A DNA stretch of 42,872 nt, taken from contig JBHLOI010000029.1 in assembly GCA_048940645.1 (NCBI GenBank), forward strand, positions 1-42,872. The letters run 5' to 3'. Source of the DNA: Promethearchaeota archaeon (GTDB lineage Archaea > Asgardarchaeota > Lokiarchaeia > Sigyniarchaeales > SOKP01). This document shows, in pieces, positions 19,404 through 28,211 of this stretch. The stretch's first letter is position 1, and each line of letters starts with the position of its first letter. The translations under genes were made by a program, and so were the position numbers. The notes under the pieces were generated by a model. The model had not been told where the DNA came from. It ran no database searches and was given only the letters and a program-made list of their open reading frames with translations.

Positions 19404-20519
19404 CTATAACAGGTCTTCTGGGATACCTTCATTGAAATATTTAGTTCTTGTAACCCATAAGTCTTGAAACTCTGGTAACATAGATAAAATCGACCCTCCA
19501 ACCCATACAGAAAAAACCCGTTCTCTAGGTGCAATGACTTTAATAGTTTGACTTTTTTTCTTTCTTCTTGCTAATTCTAATTCTAGCTCTTGATGAATTC
19601 GGGACTTTAAATTAGGAAACATTGAAGATCCTCCAGATAAAAATATATTATTTAATAATTCTGGACGGATATCAACATCGCATTCTTCTATTGCGTCCAT
19701 TATCATTTTAGGTAAAGATTCTTCTTCAAGTTCTAAAGAAGGATTAAAAAAAAGTTCTGGAACCTTGAATCGTTCTTCACTTAATTTAATAGTAGAACCG
19801 TCAGGTAATGAATAAGGCTTTTCATACTGCTCAACACGCTTAAGATCTTCCTTGTAGTCTAAGGATACAAAGCATGCTTTTTCTTTCAGTGCTCTGACTA
19901 ATTCTCGTCTTATCGATGAGTCAGCAGAGAATCCTATCTCACCTAGGATTTTTTCCATATATCTTGTCAAGGTTCTACCACCCAATTCTAAAATCCGTAT
20001 TGCATGATCTAGTTTATAACCTTCATAAATTGGTACAATTCTAGTAAGACTATCACCAATTTCAACAACCAAACCTGTTTGAAATCCTCCTGAATATAGT
20101 GGTAGCATTGAATCTAATACTGGATAAAATGCCATACATTGATATTGTTCTAAAAATAATTCAAATAACCGGGCTAAATCTTGCTGGGGAAATAAAGGAT
20201 GTACCGCGAAAAGTATGTTAACTAAGCTTGGATCTACTCGAAGGTTGTAAAAAATGTAATCAATAATCTTCTCAAAAGATATCCAATCCTGTATTCTTCC
20301 CTTTTCAATAGGATAAAGAATTTTAAAGAGACCTAATGATTGAATTTCATCTCCTACATAGAACTCCTCAGTTTTTGCACCTCCATAATCGAAATCGATT
20401 TGCTGATACTTAGGAGTTCCAACAATAGTAAAAAATACCTGAGATGGCATATCTTCCCCAGCAAAGCCACATTTTGTGGCGAAGGATCCTAAATCGAGAA
20501 CAACTGTTAAATTTCCCAT
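19404..20519 (-). CDS. Actin-family (actin-related) protein
   Basis: Phosphate-1 VLDLGSFATKCGFAGED, YPIEKG, phosphate-2 GLVVEIGDSLTRIVPIYEG, LPDG, CDVDIR, LSGGSSMFP and SVWVGGSILS; colinear with eukaryotic actin over 371 aa. Confidence 0.95.
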   Translation of the reverse strand: MGNLTVVLDLGSFATKCGFAGEDMPSQVFFTIVGTPKYQQIDFDYGGAKTEEFYVGDEIQSLGLFKILYPIEKGRIQDWISFEKIIDYIFYNLRVDPSLVNILFAVHPLFPQQDLARLFELFLEQYQCMAFYPVLDSMLPLYSGGFQTGLVVEIGDSLTRIVPIYEGYKLDHAIRILELGGRTLTRYMEKILGEIGFSADSSIRRELVRALKEKACFVSLDYKEDLKRVEQYEKPYSLPDGSTIKLSEERFKVPELFFNPSLELEEESLPKMIMDAIEECDVDIRPELLNNIFLSGGSSMFPNLKSRIHQELELELARRKKKSQTIKVIAPRERVFSVWVGGSILSMLPEFQDLWVTRTKYFNEGIPEDLL

Positions 20520-20634
20520 AATATTATATTAGAGCTGGAATTCTATTTCATACTCTTTTGATTTAATAATCAATTAACTTATTTATTTTTATACTAATAA
20601 AATTTTCAGTGAAATATAACTCAGTTTTAGCAAT

Positions 20635-21381
20635 CTAAACCAAAAGGATTTTAAGTGGTGTGTATTCTGTCATTGGAATATATGCTTCACCATATTTCGA
20701 ATTAATCTCATTCCCTCTTAAAATTGCTGTATCTTCTGCCCATTCCATTACTCGCTCGAGTACTTCTTTTTGCGATTCATATACTTGATTAAATATCTGT
20801 TTCTTCTTATTCCAATAATATTCTATATCAACAATTACAAAAACTGAGGCATCAATATACTGAAATTTACAAGAAGGAGATTCATAATAATACACTCCAT
20901 ACGGAGTCCAACTTCTTTGATGACCTCCATACGCTTTCCCACTTGTACAATGATATATTGATTCACGGGTAATTAATGATAAATTACGATGGACACGGTG
21001 AAAATCCGAAAAATGAGGTATTAATATAACTTGTGGTTGCCAATCTCGTATTAGATTTGTAATTTTAGATATCTTTTCTCTATTGATTTCAATATCTGAA
21101 TAATTTAGATCAAGTATTTTAGCTTTTATACTATCTTTAACTAATTTTAACTCACTTTTACGATGTTCTAAAATCTTGTGTTTATCTAATTCCTTAGTAT
21201 AACCTCCTAAACCACTGGTAGCAATTATGATTATAATTTCAGACCCTAATTCTTGATACTTAAGTATAGTCCCACCGCATGATATTATTTCATCATCAGG
21301 ATGTCCAGCAAAAACCATTAACCTTTTGGGAACAACAATAGGGATTTTATTTTCACATAGAATATAATCTTTTTTCTCCAT
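20635..21381 (-). CDS. PIG-L/LmbE family deacetylase
   Basis: GHPDDE...CGGT metal motif; PHFSDFHRVH. Confidence 0.9.
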   Translation of the reverse strand: MEKKDYILCENKIPIVVPKRLMVFAGHPDDEIISCGGTILKYQELGSEIIIIIATSGLGGYTKELDKHKILEHRKSELKLVKDSIKAKILDLNYSDIEINREKISKITNLIRDWQPQVILIPHFSDFHRVHRNLSLITRESIYHCTSGKAYGGHQRSWTPYGVYYYESPSCKFQYIDASVFVIVDIEYYWNKKKQIFNQVYESQKEVLERVMEWAEDTAILRGNEINSKYGEAYIPMTEYTPLKILLV

Positions 21382-21479
21382 CTATTATAATCACTTCTTA
21401 AAGAAATAAAAAACTTTCTGAAAGTAATTAGAGTAACAAAAAATAGGAGTTATTACATAAAAGAAAAATTATAGTTTAC

Positions 21480-22169
21480 TTATTCTCCTCTCATTATCTT
21501 CTTTAAGCGATTCAATTCTTCAAGCATCTCATCTCTTAAGGAACTTAAGCCTCCTCCTGCTCTTGGTGCGACACTGGATGCTGCTGGTGCTGCGGGAGGT
21601 ACTGCTCCTGGAGCTCTTGGAGGAGCGCCGCTGGTAGGAGCTGCAGGGGGACCAGTTCGTTTTGCAAAAGTTGGCGCTTTTACTATTCCACCACTTGGAG
21701 CGGCAGGAGGAGCGCCACTTCCTGATGCGGGAGGTAGTTTTGGAGCTGGAGGCAAATTAGCACGTGCTGGAGGAGTACCACCTGGAGGTGCTTTTGGAGG
21801 ACCACCGCCACTAGGAGGAGCTTTTGGAGCCCCAGCCATAGGAGGTTTAGGAAGTCCAGGACTAGCACTAGCCGTAGTGGGTGCTTGAGCTGGCGCTTTC
21901 CCTCCACTTAATAAATTAAATAATGTACTCGCAGCAGCCGTTTTAGCATTACCAGTAGCCGGCGTTGCAACTATTTTAGAGGAAGTACTAACTGTTTGAA
22001 TCTCATCGACAACTTTTACTTCTTTTAAATCTTTTAATGCTTTATTTAAAGATTTTATAAAATCATTAATCCCTTTAACAGTTTCCCCAAGATCATCTGA
22101 TAAAGAAGTCAATCCCTTTTTCATAAAATTAATAACGCGTTCCAGCTTTTTTTGTTCTTTTGAAACCAA
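21480..22169 (-). CDS. Coiled-coil / Pro-Ala-Gly-rich / C-terminal WH2-like helix protein
   Basis: N-terminal amphipathic helices, ~110-aa Pro/Ala/Gly low-complexity tract, C-terminal LRDEMLEELNRLKKIM; TTG start after GAGGA. Confidence 0.7.
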   Translation of the reverse strand: MVSKEQKKLERVINFMKKGLTSLSDDLGETVKGINDFIKSLNKALKDLKEVKVVDEIQTVSTSSKIVATPATGNAKTAAASTLFNLLSGGKAPAQAPTTASASPGLPKPPMAGAPKAPPSGGGPPKAPPGGTPPARANLPPAPKLPPASGSGAPPAAPSGGIVKAPTFAKRTGPPAAPTSGAPPRAPGAVPPAAPAASSVAPRAGGGLSSLRDEMLEELNRLKKIMRGE

Positions 22170-22592
22170 GATTTAATCAAATCCTCTAAGTTATTTTTAA
22201 AAGTAGAATATTATATATTTATAGTGATAATTCAATTATATTAATTTATATTTTTGCTTTTATGGTTTTTATAATTTGTGAATATACCCTATTTTTTAAC
22301 TAAATACATTAAAATTCCGAGGAAAAAAGAAAATGATAAAGCTATTCTAACCTTTAAAAATATTTATATTTAGAATGATATTATTTTCTAACTTGTAAAA
22401 TCCTAAATGAAATCTAAAATCTTAAAGTAAAAAAAATAACAATTAAAAATCCTAAATCTAATAATATTATATACGATATTTCATTAGAAATTTTTAATTT
22501 ATTCGAATGAAATAAATTCAAAATTAAAATAAAAAATATAATTCAATATAATTTAATCATTGAGGAGATTTTTCGAAAAGTGGTGATGGATT

Positions 22593-22859
22593 ATTCCTAA
22601 GCGTGAACTTTTTATTAAGCGGGTCTATGAGATTGTAAATGAACTTAAAATTCCATTAATAGATGAGCGTGTTTATGATAAAGTAACTTTTGGTACAAGT
22701 GCCGCTATCGCTAAAGTTGTTTTCAAATTTGAAGAAGATGAATCAGTAATTCGCGGATTCCTTGGTTTAGCAGAATACTTCCATACTGTTGTAATCAAGA
22801 AAGGAGATCAATTTTACATTCCGCATGCCTCGATTCTCTTTCAATTAGTTAGCTCATAA
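22593..22859 (+). CDS. Unannotated 88-aa hypothetical protein, probably ATT-initiated
   Basis: Stop-free frame (M)PKRELFIKRVYEIVNELKIPLIDERVYDKVTFGTSAAIAKVVFKFEEDESVIRGFLGLAEYFHTVVIKKGDQFYIPHASILFQLVSS*. No in-frame ATG/GTG/TTG; GGTGA at 22582-22586; coding-like composition against AT-rich flanks; T-tract after the stop. Confidence 0.75.
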   Translation: MPKRELFIKRVYEIVNELKIPLIDERVYDKVTFGTSAAIAKVVFKFEEDESVIRGFLGLAEYFHTVVIKKGDQFYIPHASILFQLVSS

Positions 22860-22904
22860 TTTCATATTTTTTTTACTTTTCTTTTTATCAAGAATTTGTT
22901 TTAT

Positions 22905-23609
22905 TCATTTTTCAAAATAGAACTTTGATTTTTTAATTATTTCAAGAACTTCGGATTCAGGAACATCATACCAATACTGATAAGCATCAGCTACAGCAAA
23001 CCACATTGTATTTCTGCTATTAGGGCAAAAAACTTCATTAACTTCTTTTTGAACCCTCGATATTGTATGTAATGGTGCTGTTGGAATTGCGATATAAATT
23101 TTAGCAGGTTTGTATTTTTTAACCATTTGGATTGCAGCTAACATCGTAAACCCAGAAGCTAATCCATCATCCATTAAAAAAATATATCGATTTTCTATTA
23201 GTTTTCTGTATATTTCATGTAATTCAGGAGTTTTATTATAAAATTTAGTCCTCTCATTAATTTCATTTTTAGTGCTTTCTATTGATTTTTCAATCTGAAA
23301 TTTAGATAAATTTAAGCTATTTAATAAAGGTTCATTTATTAAAATTGTACCATCGGTGGTAATAGATCCAAACCCCGCTTCTGTATTAAATGGTATTTTA
23401 ATTTTTCTAACGATTATGATATCATACTTTAAATTTATTTTATTACAAAAACCTTCAGCAACTGGAACACCACCATTAGGTATTGTAAAAACAAAAAATT
23501 GGTCTATTAGTTTTTCTAATTCGTTCTTTAAATCTGTGGATCTCTTTAATATGAATTCAGCTAAAATTTGTCCCGCTTGGAAGCGAGATTCATACTTTTC
23601 AACTTTCAT
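22905..23609 (-). CDS. Phosphoribosyltransferase family protein
   Basis: IPNGGVPVA, VRKI and the PRPP-binding LMDDGLASGFTM motif. Confidence 0.9.
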   Translation of the reverse strand: MKVEKYESRFQAGQILAEFILKRSTDLKNELEKLIDQFFVFTIPNGGVPVAEGFCNKINLKYDIIIVRKIKIPFNTEAGFGSITTDGTILINEPLLNSLNLSKFQIEKSIESTKNEINERTKFYNKTPELHEIYRKLIENRYIFLMDDGLASGFTMLAAIQMVKKYKPAKIYIAIPTAPLHTISRVQKEVNEVFCPNSRNTMWFAVADAYQYWYDVPESEVLEIIKKSKFYFEK

Positions 23610-23873
23610 TTCAAATAATATTATAGATCTCTTTAAATTAAATAGTTAAGCTATTAATTAATTGTAATTAGGCATGACTAATTTATTAAAATTTTAATAA
23701 TAAGAGATTGATCAAATTTAAGATAAAGTAGAGTTTATTGCTATTCTTATTCAAATTAATTATGTTTCATAAATTATCAGTAAATATTTAAATTAATTTA
23801 AACCTTAAATAAATAATAGAAAGATGTTTGAAAATTCGACTTCTGAATCATCAGATATTGATGATGATGATAT

Positions 23874-24428
23874 ATGGAAGCGCGGGATACTAAAGGTAAA
23901 ATCGTCAAAGAGACTTTTCCAGCAGAAATCATCTCAATTGTGGGAGATATTTTAGCGGGTGTTATTTTATCCCTTTTAATTCTGCCTTTTGACAGTTTCC
24001 TTATATTAATTCTAATCGTTCCTGCTTTACTTTCAATGCGGGGAAATATTAGTGGTCCTTTTATTGCGAGATCTTCCAGGGATTTAATAATTGGTCAATT
24101 TAATAAGAAATCTTGGATAGAAAATGTAATCGCAACGTATTTATTATCGATGGTAACAGCATTTATTATTGGATTATTCAGTTATTTATTAGATTTAATT
24201 TTAATAAAAGCATTTCTTATACCCTTTGATTTATTAATAGGAATTCCAATTTTATCAATTTTGTTCACTTTAACAATTTCAATACCTTGTTCAACAATAT
24301 TAAATTATATAGCCTTCAAATATGGGCTTGATCCCAATAACGTTGTAAATCCTATTATGACGGCAATTGATGATTTTTCTACCGTAATATGTTTCTATCT
24401 TACTATTATCCTTTTGGGGGTGCCATGA
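23874..24428 (+). CDS. mgtE: MgtE/SLC41 integral-membrane Mg2+ transporter domain (subunit 1)
   Basis: PX6GN (PALLSMRGN) and GLDPNNVVNPIMTAIDD motifs; 5 TM segments. Confidence 0.85.
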   Translation: MEARDTKGKIVKETFPAEIISIVGDILAGVILSLLILPFDSFLILILIVPALLSMRGNISGPFIARSSRDLIIGQFNKKSWIENVIATYLLSMVTAFIIGLFSYLLDLILIKAFLIPFDLLIGIPILSILFTLTISIPCSTILNYIAFKYGLDPNNVVNPIMTAIDDFSTVICFYLTIILLGVP

Positions 24429-24980
24429 ATGGATTACTTTAAAAAAATTTTCAAGGAATCAATTATCGTAGTTATCATATCCTCAATATTGGGATTGATT
24501 TCAGGTACCATTCTTTCAGAAAATCAAGATGTATTGTACAGTTTTCCAATTATCTTATTAATTTTACCTTCATTGAATTCTTTAATAGGAGATATTTCTA
24601 CAGTCTTAATCTCTAGATTAACTTCTCATTTATATATTGGGACTGTATCTCCTAAAATTCAAAAATCAGATAGACTAAAGGAAGATTTTTATGGATTGCT
24701 TATAACTATTTTATTAAGTTTATTTGCATTAATTATATTAGGATACTTATTTGGTTATATTTCAGGAATAATAATAGTAAATCCTTTTTTAATAATATTA
24801 ATCATTATGATTACCATTCTACTGCTTTTTAGCTTGATGTTTGTATTTCTGTTCGTGAGTTCTATTTTTTTATTTAGAAAAGGTAAAGATCCAAACAATT
24901 TTTTAATACCGATTACAACATCCTTGTTAGATTTTCTAACCCCATTGTTTATGATATTATTTATTCAATTATTTGTTTAA
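24429..24980 (+). CDS. MgtE/SLC41 integral-membrane domain (subunit 2)
   Basis: PSLNSLIGD and GKDPNNFLIPITTSLLD; starts immediately after the upstream stop (TGA-ATG). Confidence 0.8.
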   Translation: MDYFKKIFKESIIVVIISSILGLISGTILSENQDVLYSFPIILLILPSLNSLIGDISTVLISRLTSHLYIGTVSPKIQKSDRLKEDFYGLLITILLSLFALIILGYLFGYISGIIIVNPFLIILIIMITILLLFSLMFVFLFVSSIFLFRKGKDPNNFLIPITTSLLDFLTPLFMILFIQLFV

Positions 24981-24999
24981 AGGAGTGAAAAAAAATAGT

Positions 25000-26247
25000 A
25001 TGATGCAAAGAAAGAAGAAGAAATTTAAATATAAACCGCTCTCCGTAAGAGAAATTCTTAGAGAAATGAAACAAAGCATAGATTTAATGATAGATTTAGC
25101 TTACAGTGCAATTAAATTTGGAAGTAAGGAAATTGCTGATGAGGCCTCTAAAATTGAAAAGAGAATCCATGAATTAACATTTTTACTTAATTTGCAAATC
25201 ATTCAGACACAGGTGGGAGGGGTAAAAGAAGCTAAAAAACTAGAACCAATAGTAGTTATGGGATACTCAATTGATAAAATTTCAGATGCATTAGCAGATA
25301 TTGCAAGGGTAGTATATATAAATAGTGATATTTGTGATTTTACCCAATTATTCTGGGATGAGGTACCTGAACCAATAGTTAAAGTTACTGTTAAAAGAAA
25401 ATGTGAATTTATAGGAAAATGTCGACGTGACGTTCATTTTCGCTCAATACATGGAGTAGATTTAATTGCTATTAAAAGAGATGATGAATGGTTATTTAAT
25501 AAAAATGAGATTATACAAGAAGATGATATTTTAATAATCAAGGGCGAACTCGAGCCGATTAGAGAATTAAAAAACTTAGTCTTTGATAATGAAGTTATTT
25601 CTTTTCAGATTGATAATCAAAAGAAGGAATCAGAGTTTGACTTATCTAATCCAGAAATATTAGAAAACCTTCAAGAATTAAAAAAAGATTATGTATTAAT
25701 CACAGATATTTCGGAAACGATGATAGAGTTGGCTTTAGCGGCATTATTCTTTAATAGTTATGAGGTTGCTGAAGATGTTCTAGAAATGGAAGAGCTTATG
25801 GATGGGTTAAATATTACCTTTGAGAAAGATCTCTTAGATTTTGCTCATTTAGTGGACAATCCTCGTGATCTTACAGGTATTATGAGAATTGTTTTTTCTT
25901 GTGAACAAATATCAGATGGAGCCGCGAATATAGCTGAAAATATTTTAAAAGGTTTTGAACCCCATATTATTTTACAAAAAGCTATTGAAGAAACCCAAGA
26001 AGTTGTTGTACGTGAAATACTATCACCAGATTCATATTTTAAGAATAAGACCTATGAAAAATTACAAGATCGGCGTTATAAAAGAGGTTTTCATATTATT
26101 GCCTTGAAAAGAGATGATAAATGGATCTATAGTTTTAAATCTGATTTCATATTTCAAGAAGGGGATTTATTAATTGGACTGGGACCAAAAGAAACAGTAG
26201 AACAATGGAGAAGATGTGTACATCCCGAAATTTTCAGAGAAGAATAA
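25000..26247 (+). CDS. Tandem PhoU-like + TrkA-C (RCK_C) regulatory protein
   Basis: Duplicated 'LMIDLAYSA/TMIELALAA' PhoU-like helices and 'LIAIKRDDEW/IIALKRDDKW...GDLLIGLG' TrkA-C. ATG 25000 follows AGGAGTGA (track start 24973). Confidence 0.8.
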   Translation: MMQRKKKKFKYKPLSVREILREMKQSIDLMIDLAYSAIKFGSKEIADEASKIEKRIHELTFLLNLQIIQTQVGGVKEAKKLEPIVVMGYSIDKISDALADIARVVYINSDICDFTQLFWDEVPEPIVKVTVKRKCEFIGKCRRDVHFRSIHGVDLIAIKRDDEWLFNKNEIIQEDDILIIKGELEPIRELKNLVFDNEVISFQIDNQKKESEFDLSNPEILENLQELKKDYVLITDISETMIELALAALFFNSYEVAEDVLEMEELMDGLNITFEKDLLDFAHLVDNPRDLTGIMRIVFSCEQISDGAANIAENILKGFEPHIILQKAIEETQEVVVREILSPDSYFKNKTYEKLQDRRYKRGFHIIALKRDDKWIYSFKSDFIFQEGDLLIGLGPKETVEQWRRCVHPEIFREE

Positions 26248-26255
26248 GTCTAAAA

Positions 26256-26260
26256 GGTGA
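26256..26260 (+). promoter_or_regulatory. Shine-Dalgarno GGTGA, 6 nt before ATG 26267
   Basis: Direct reading: aaaaGGTGAgtaaaaATG. Confidence 0.7.
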
Positions 26261-26266
26261 GTAAAA

Positions 26267-26854
26267 ATGAAATTTGAAGAACGAAAAAAGAGATTTTTAG
26301 ATATCCTTATGGAAATAGCTGAAACTATAAAAAAAAATAGTAATATAATAAATTTTGAAAAAATAAATAACTTGATAGATTTAATTGTTAAAACTTATGG
26401 TGACAATCGTATGGTCTTTCTCTATGGAGCAGGTAGATCTGGATTTATAGGTAGATGTTTTGCCCAAAGATTAATGCATCTAGGAATTAAATCTTGCTTT
26501 ATATCTGATTCTGTTACTTATAGATATAATCATAAAGATTTATTAATTATTATCTCTGGAAGCGGAGAGACAACCTCACCGTTGGCAATAGCAGAAAAAG
26601 CTAAAGAAATGGGTGGAAAACTAGTCTTATTAACAGGTAATCCATACAGTAATATTGCAAAGTTATCTGATCTAATAATCCAAATTGAAGGAAAAAGTAA
26701 AGAAAAAGCATTAATAGAAGAGAGTTTAGCTCCATACACAACTTTATTTGATATTTCAACTCTAGCAATTTTAGATACGATTGGAGGTGTATTGATGACG
26801 ATACTAGGCGTATCAGAAACTGATATTGATAATCGACATGCTTCAATAGAATAA
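26267..26854 (+). CDS. hxlB: 6-phospho-3-hexuloisomerase (SIS domain)
   Basis: YGAGRSG, FAQRLMHLG, ISGSGET, LAPYTTLFD and C-terminal RHASIE. Confidence 0.88.
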   Translation: MKFEERKKRFLDILMEIAETIKKNSNIINFEKINNLIDLIVKTYGDNRMVFLYGAGRSGFIGRCFAQRLMHLGIKSCFISDSVTYRYNHKDLLIIISGSGETTSPLAIAEKAKEMGGKLVLLTGNPYSNIAKLSDLIIQIEGKSKEKALIEESLAPYTTLFDISTLAILDTIGGVLMTILGVSETDIDNRHASIE

Positions 26855-26863
26855 AATTTTTAG

Positions 26864-27268
26864 TTGAATCTTATGCATGAATATATACAAGTAAGATATA
26901 TTTCTGAGAAAAAAGGAAGAGGAGCTTTTGCTAAAAAGCGAATTAAAAGAGGGACCCTTATAGATATTGCGCATGTAATTCCTATCCCAAATAAAGATTA
27001 TAAAAAAATATGTAAAACAAGATTGTATGATTATTGTTATATTTGGGAAGATCCAAAACATTTACCGGAATTTAAAAACGCTATAACGCTAAGTATAAGC
27101 CAATTTATCAACCATTCCTTTGAACCTAACGTTAAATATTTGTATGATTATAAGGAAAAAGCAATTGAATTTTCTGCGATTAGAGACATTTCTGAGGGTG
27201 AGGAATTAACTATGAATTATAATGGTTTAGTTGATGATAGAACTCCTGTATGGTTTGATTTAGAGTAA
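26864..27268 (+). CDS. Stand-alone SET-domain protein (putative lysine methyltransferase)
   Basis: KGRGAFA, FINHSFEPNV and AIRDISEGEELTMNY. Confidence 0.9.
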   Translation: MNLMHEYIQVRYISEKKGRGAFAKKRIKRGTLIDIAHVIPIPNKDYKKICKTRLYDYCYIWEDPKHLPEFKNAITLSISQFINHSFEPNVKYLYDYKEKAIEFSAIRDISEGEELTMNYNGLVDDRTPVWFDLE

Positions 27269-27270
27269 AT

Positions 27271-28137
27271 CTATTTTTTTATAAGAGACTTTAATGTGGA
27301 TAAATTCATAACATCCTCTTTCAGATCTTTGCCTTTTGGTGTTTCTAATATCCCAGGATGTTCCTTAAACTTCTCATCATTGACAAAAAATCCAAATGCT
27401 TCTTTTCCTATTTTTCCTTGCCCTATATGCGTATGACGATCAACTCGAGATCCTAAACCTTTTTCAGAATCGTTTAAGTGAAATGCAAAAAGATAATCTA
27501 ATCCTACCATGTCATCAAATTCATTCCACATTTCATTATATTTCTTTTCGGTTGTAAAATCATACCCAGAAGAAAAAGAATGACATGTGTCAAAACATAC
27601 TCCAATTCGGTTTTTATTGTTAATCTTATCAATAATAAGCTTTAAATGATGAAATTTACGCCCTAAATTATGACCCTGTCCTGCAACGGTCTCTAATAAT
27701 ATTTTGACGTTAGATTTCTCAGTATCTTGCATTAATTTATTTAATTGTTCAGCAATACGAGTTAATCCAGTCTTTTTGCTTTCATTTTCATCTTCAAAAT
27801 TATAAGTACCTGGGTGAATTACTACATAATCTAATTTAAGTTGTTCAGCTTTAACTAATTCATCTAGCATAGCAGTATAAGATTTAGTAAGTTTTTCTTG
27901 ATCTGAAGTAGCCAAATTGATTAAATAGCTATTATGAGAGAGAAGTGGCCAAATCTGTTCTTGAAATTTCGCTTTCGTTTCTAAAAATTCATTAATTTCT
28001 TCTTGATCTAATGGTTTTGATGACCATCCTCGAACATTTCTTATAAAAACTTGAATTGCTTCACAACTAAGCTCTTTTCCTCTTTCAAGAGCCATGTGTT
28101 TTCCACCACTTACACTCATATGAGCTCCTAATCTCAA
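27271..28137 (-). CDS. nfo: Endonuclease IV (AP endonuclease)
   Basis: LGAHMS, HNSYLINL, HPG, LLETVAGQG, CFDTCH, HLNDS, DRH and ILETP. TTG 28137 after AAGGTGT preferred over GTG 28146. Confidence 0.95.
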   Translation of the reverse strand: MRLGAHMSVSGGKHMALERGKELSCEAIQVFIRNVRGWSSKPLDQEEINEFLETKAKFQEQIWPLLSHNSYLINLATSDQEKLTKSYTAMLDELVKAEQLKLDYVVIHPGTYNFEDENESKKTGLTRIAEQLNKLMQDTEKSNVKILLETVAGQGHNLGRKFHHLKLIIDKINNKNRIGVCFDTCHSFSSGYDFTTEKKYNEMWNEFDDMVGLDYLFAFHLNDSEKGLGSRVDRHTHIGQGKIGKEAFGFFVNDEKFKEHPGILETPKGKDLKEDVMNLSTLKSLIKK

Positions 28138-28211
28138 TAAATACACCTTAAGTAAATTAGTTTAAAAATTCTTTAAATAAAATAAGAAATAAAATATTTT
28201 AATTATTCGGT

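Noticed and set aside
21480-21540. ESCRT-III MIM1 reading of the C-terminal helix
   Set aside because: It lacks the conserved Arg of (D/E)xxLxxRLxxL(K/R), and the protein has no ESCRT-III core.
21540-21965. GC-rich island, considered as a possible structural RNA or foreign DNA
   Set aside because: Fully explained by the Pro/Ala/Gly codons of the 21480-22169 gene; third positions remain AT-rich.
22560-22592. TGA read-through (selenocysteine) from TTG 22560 into the 88-aa ORF
   Set aside because: The TGA is part of the GGTGA SD, there is no redox-motif context, and no SECIS-like hairpin was evident downstream.
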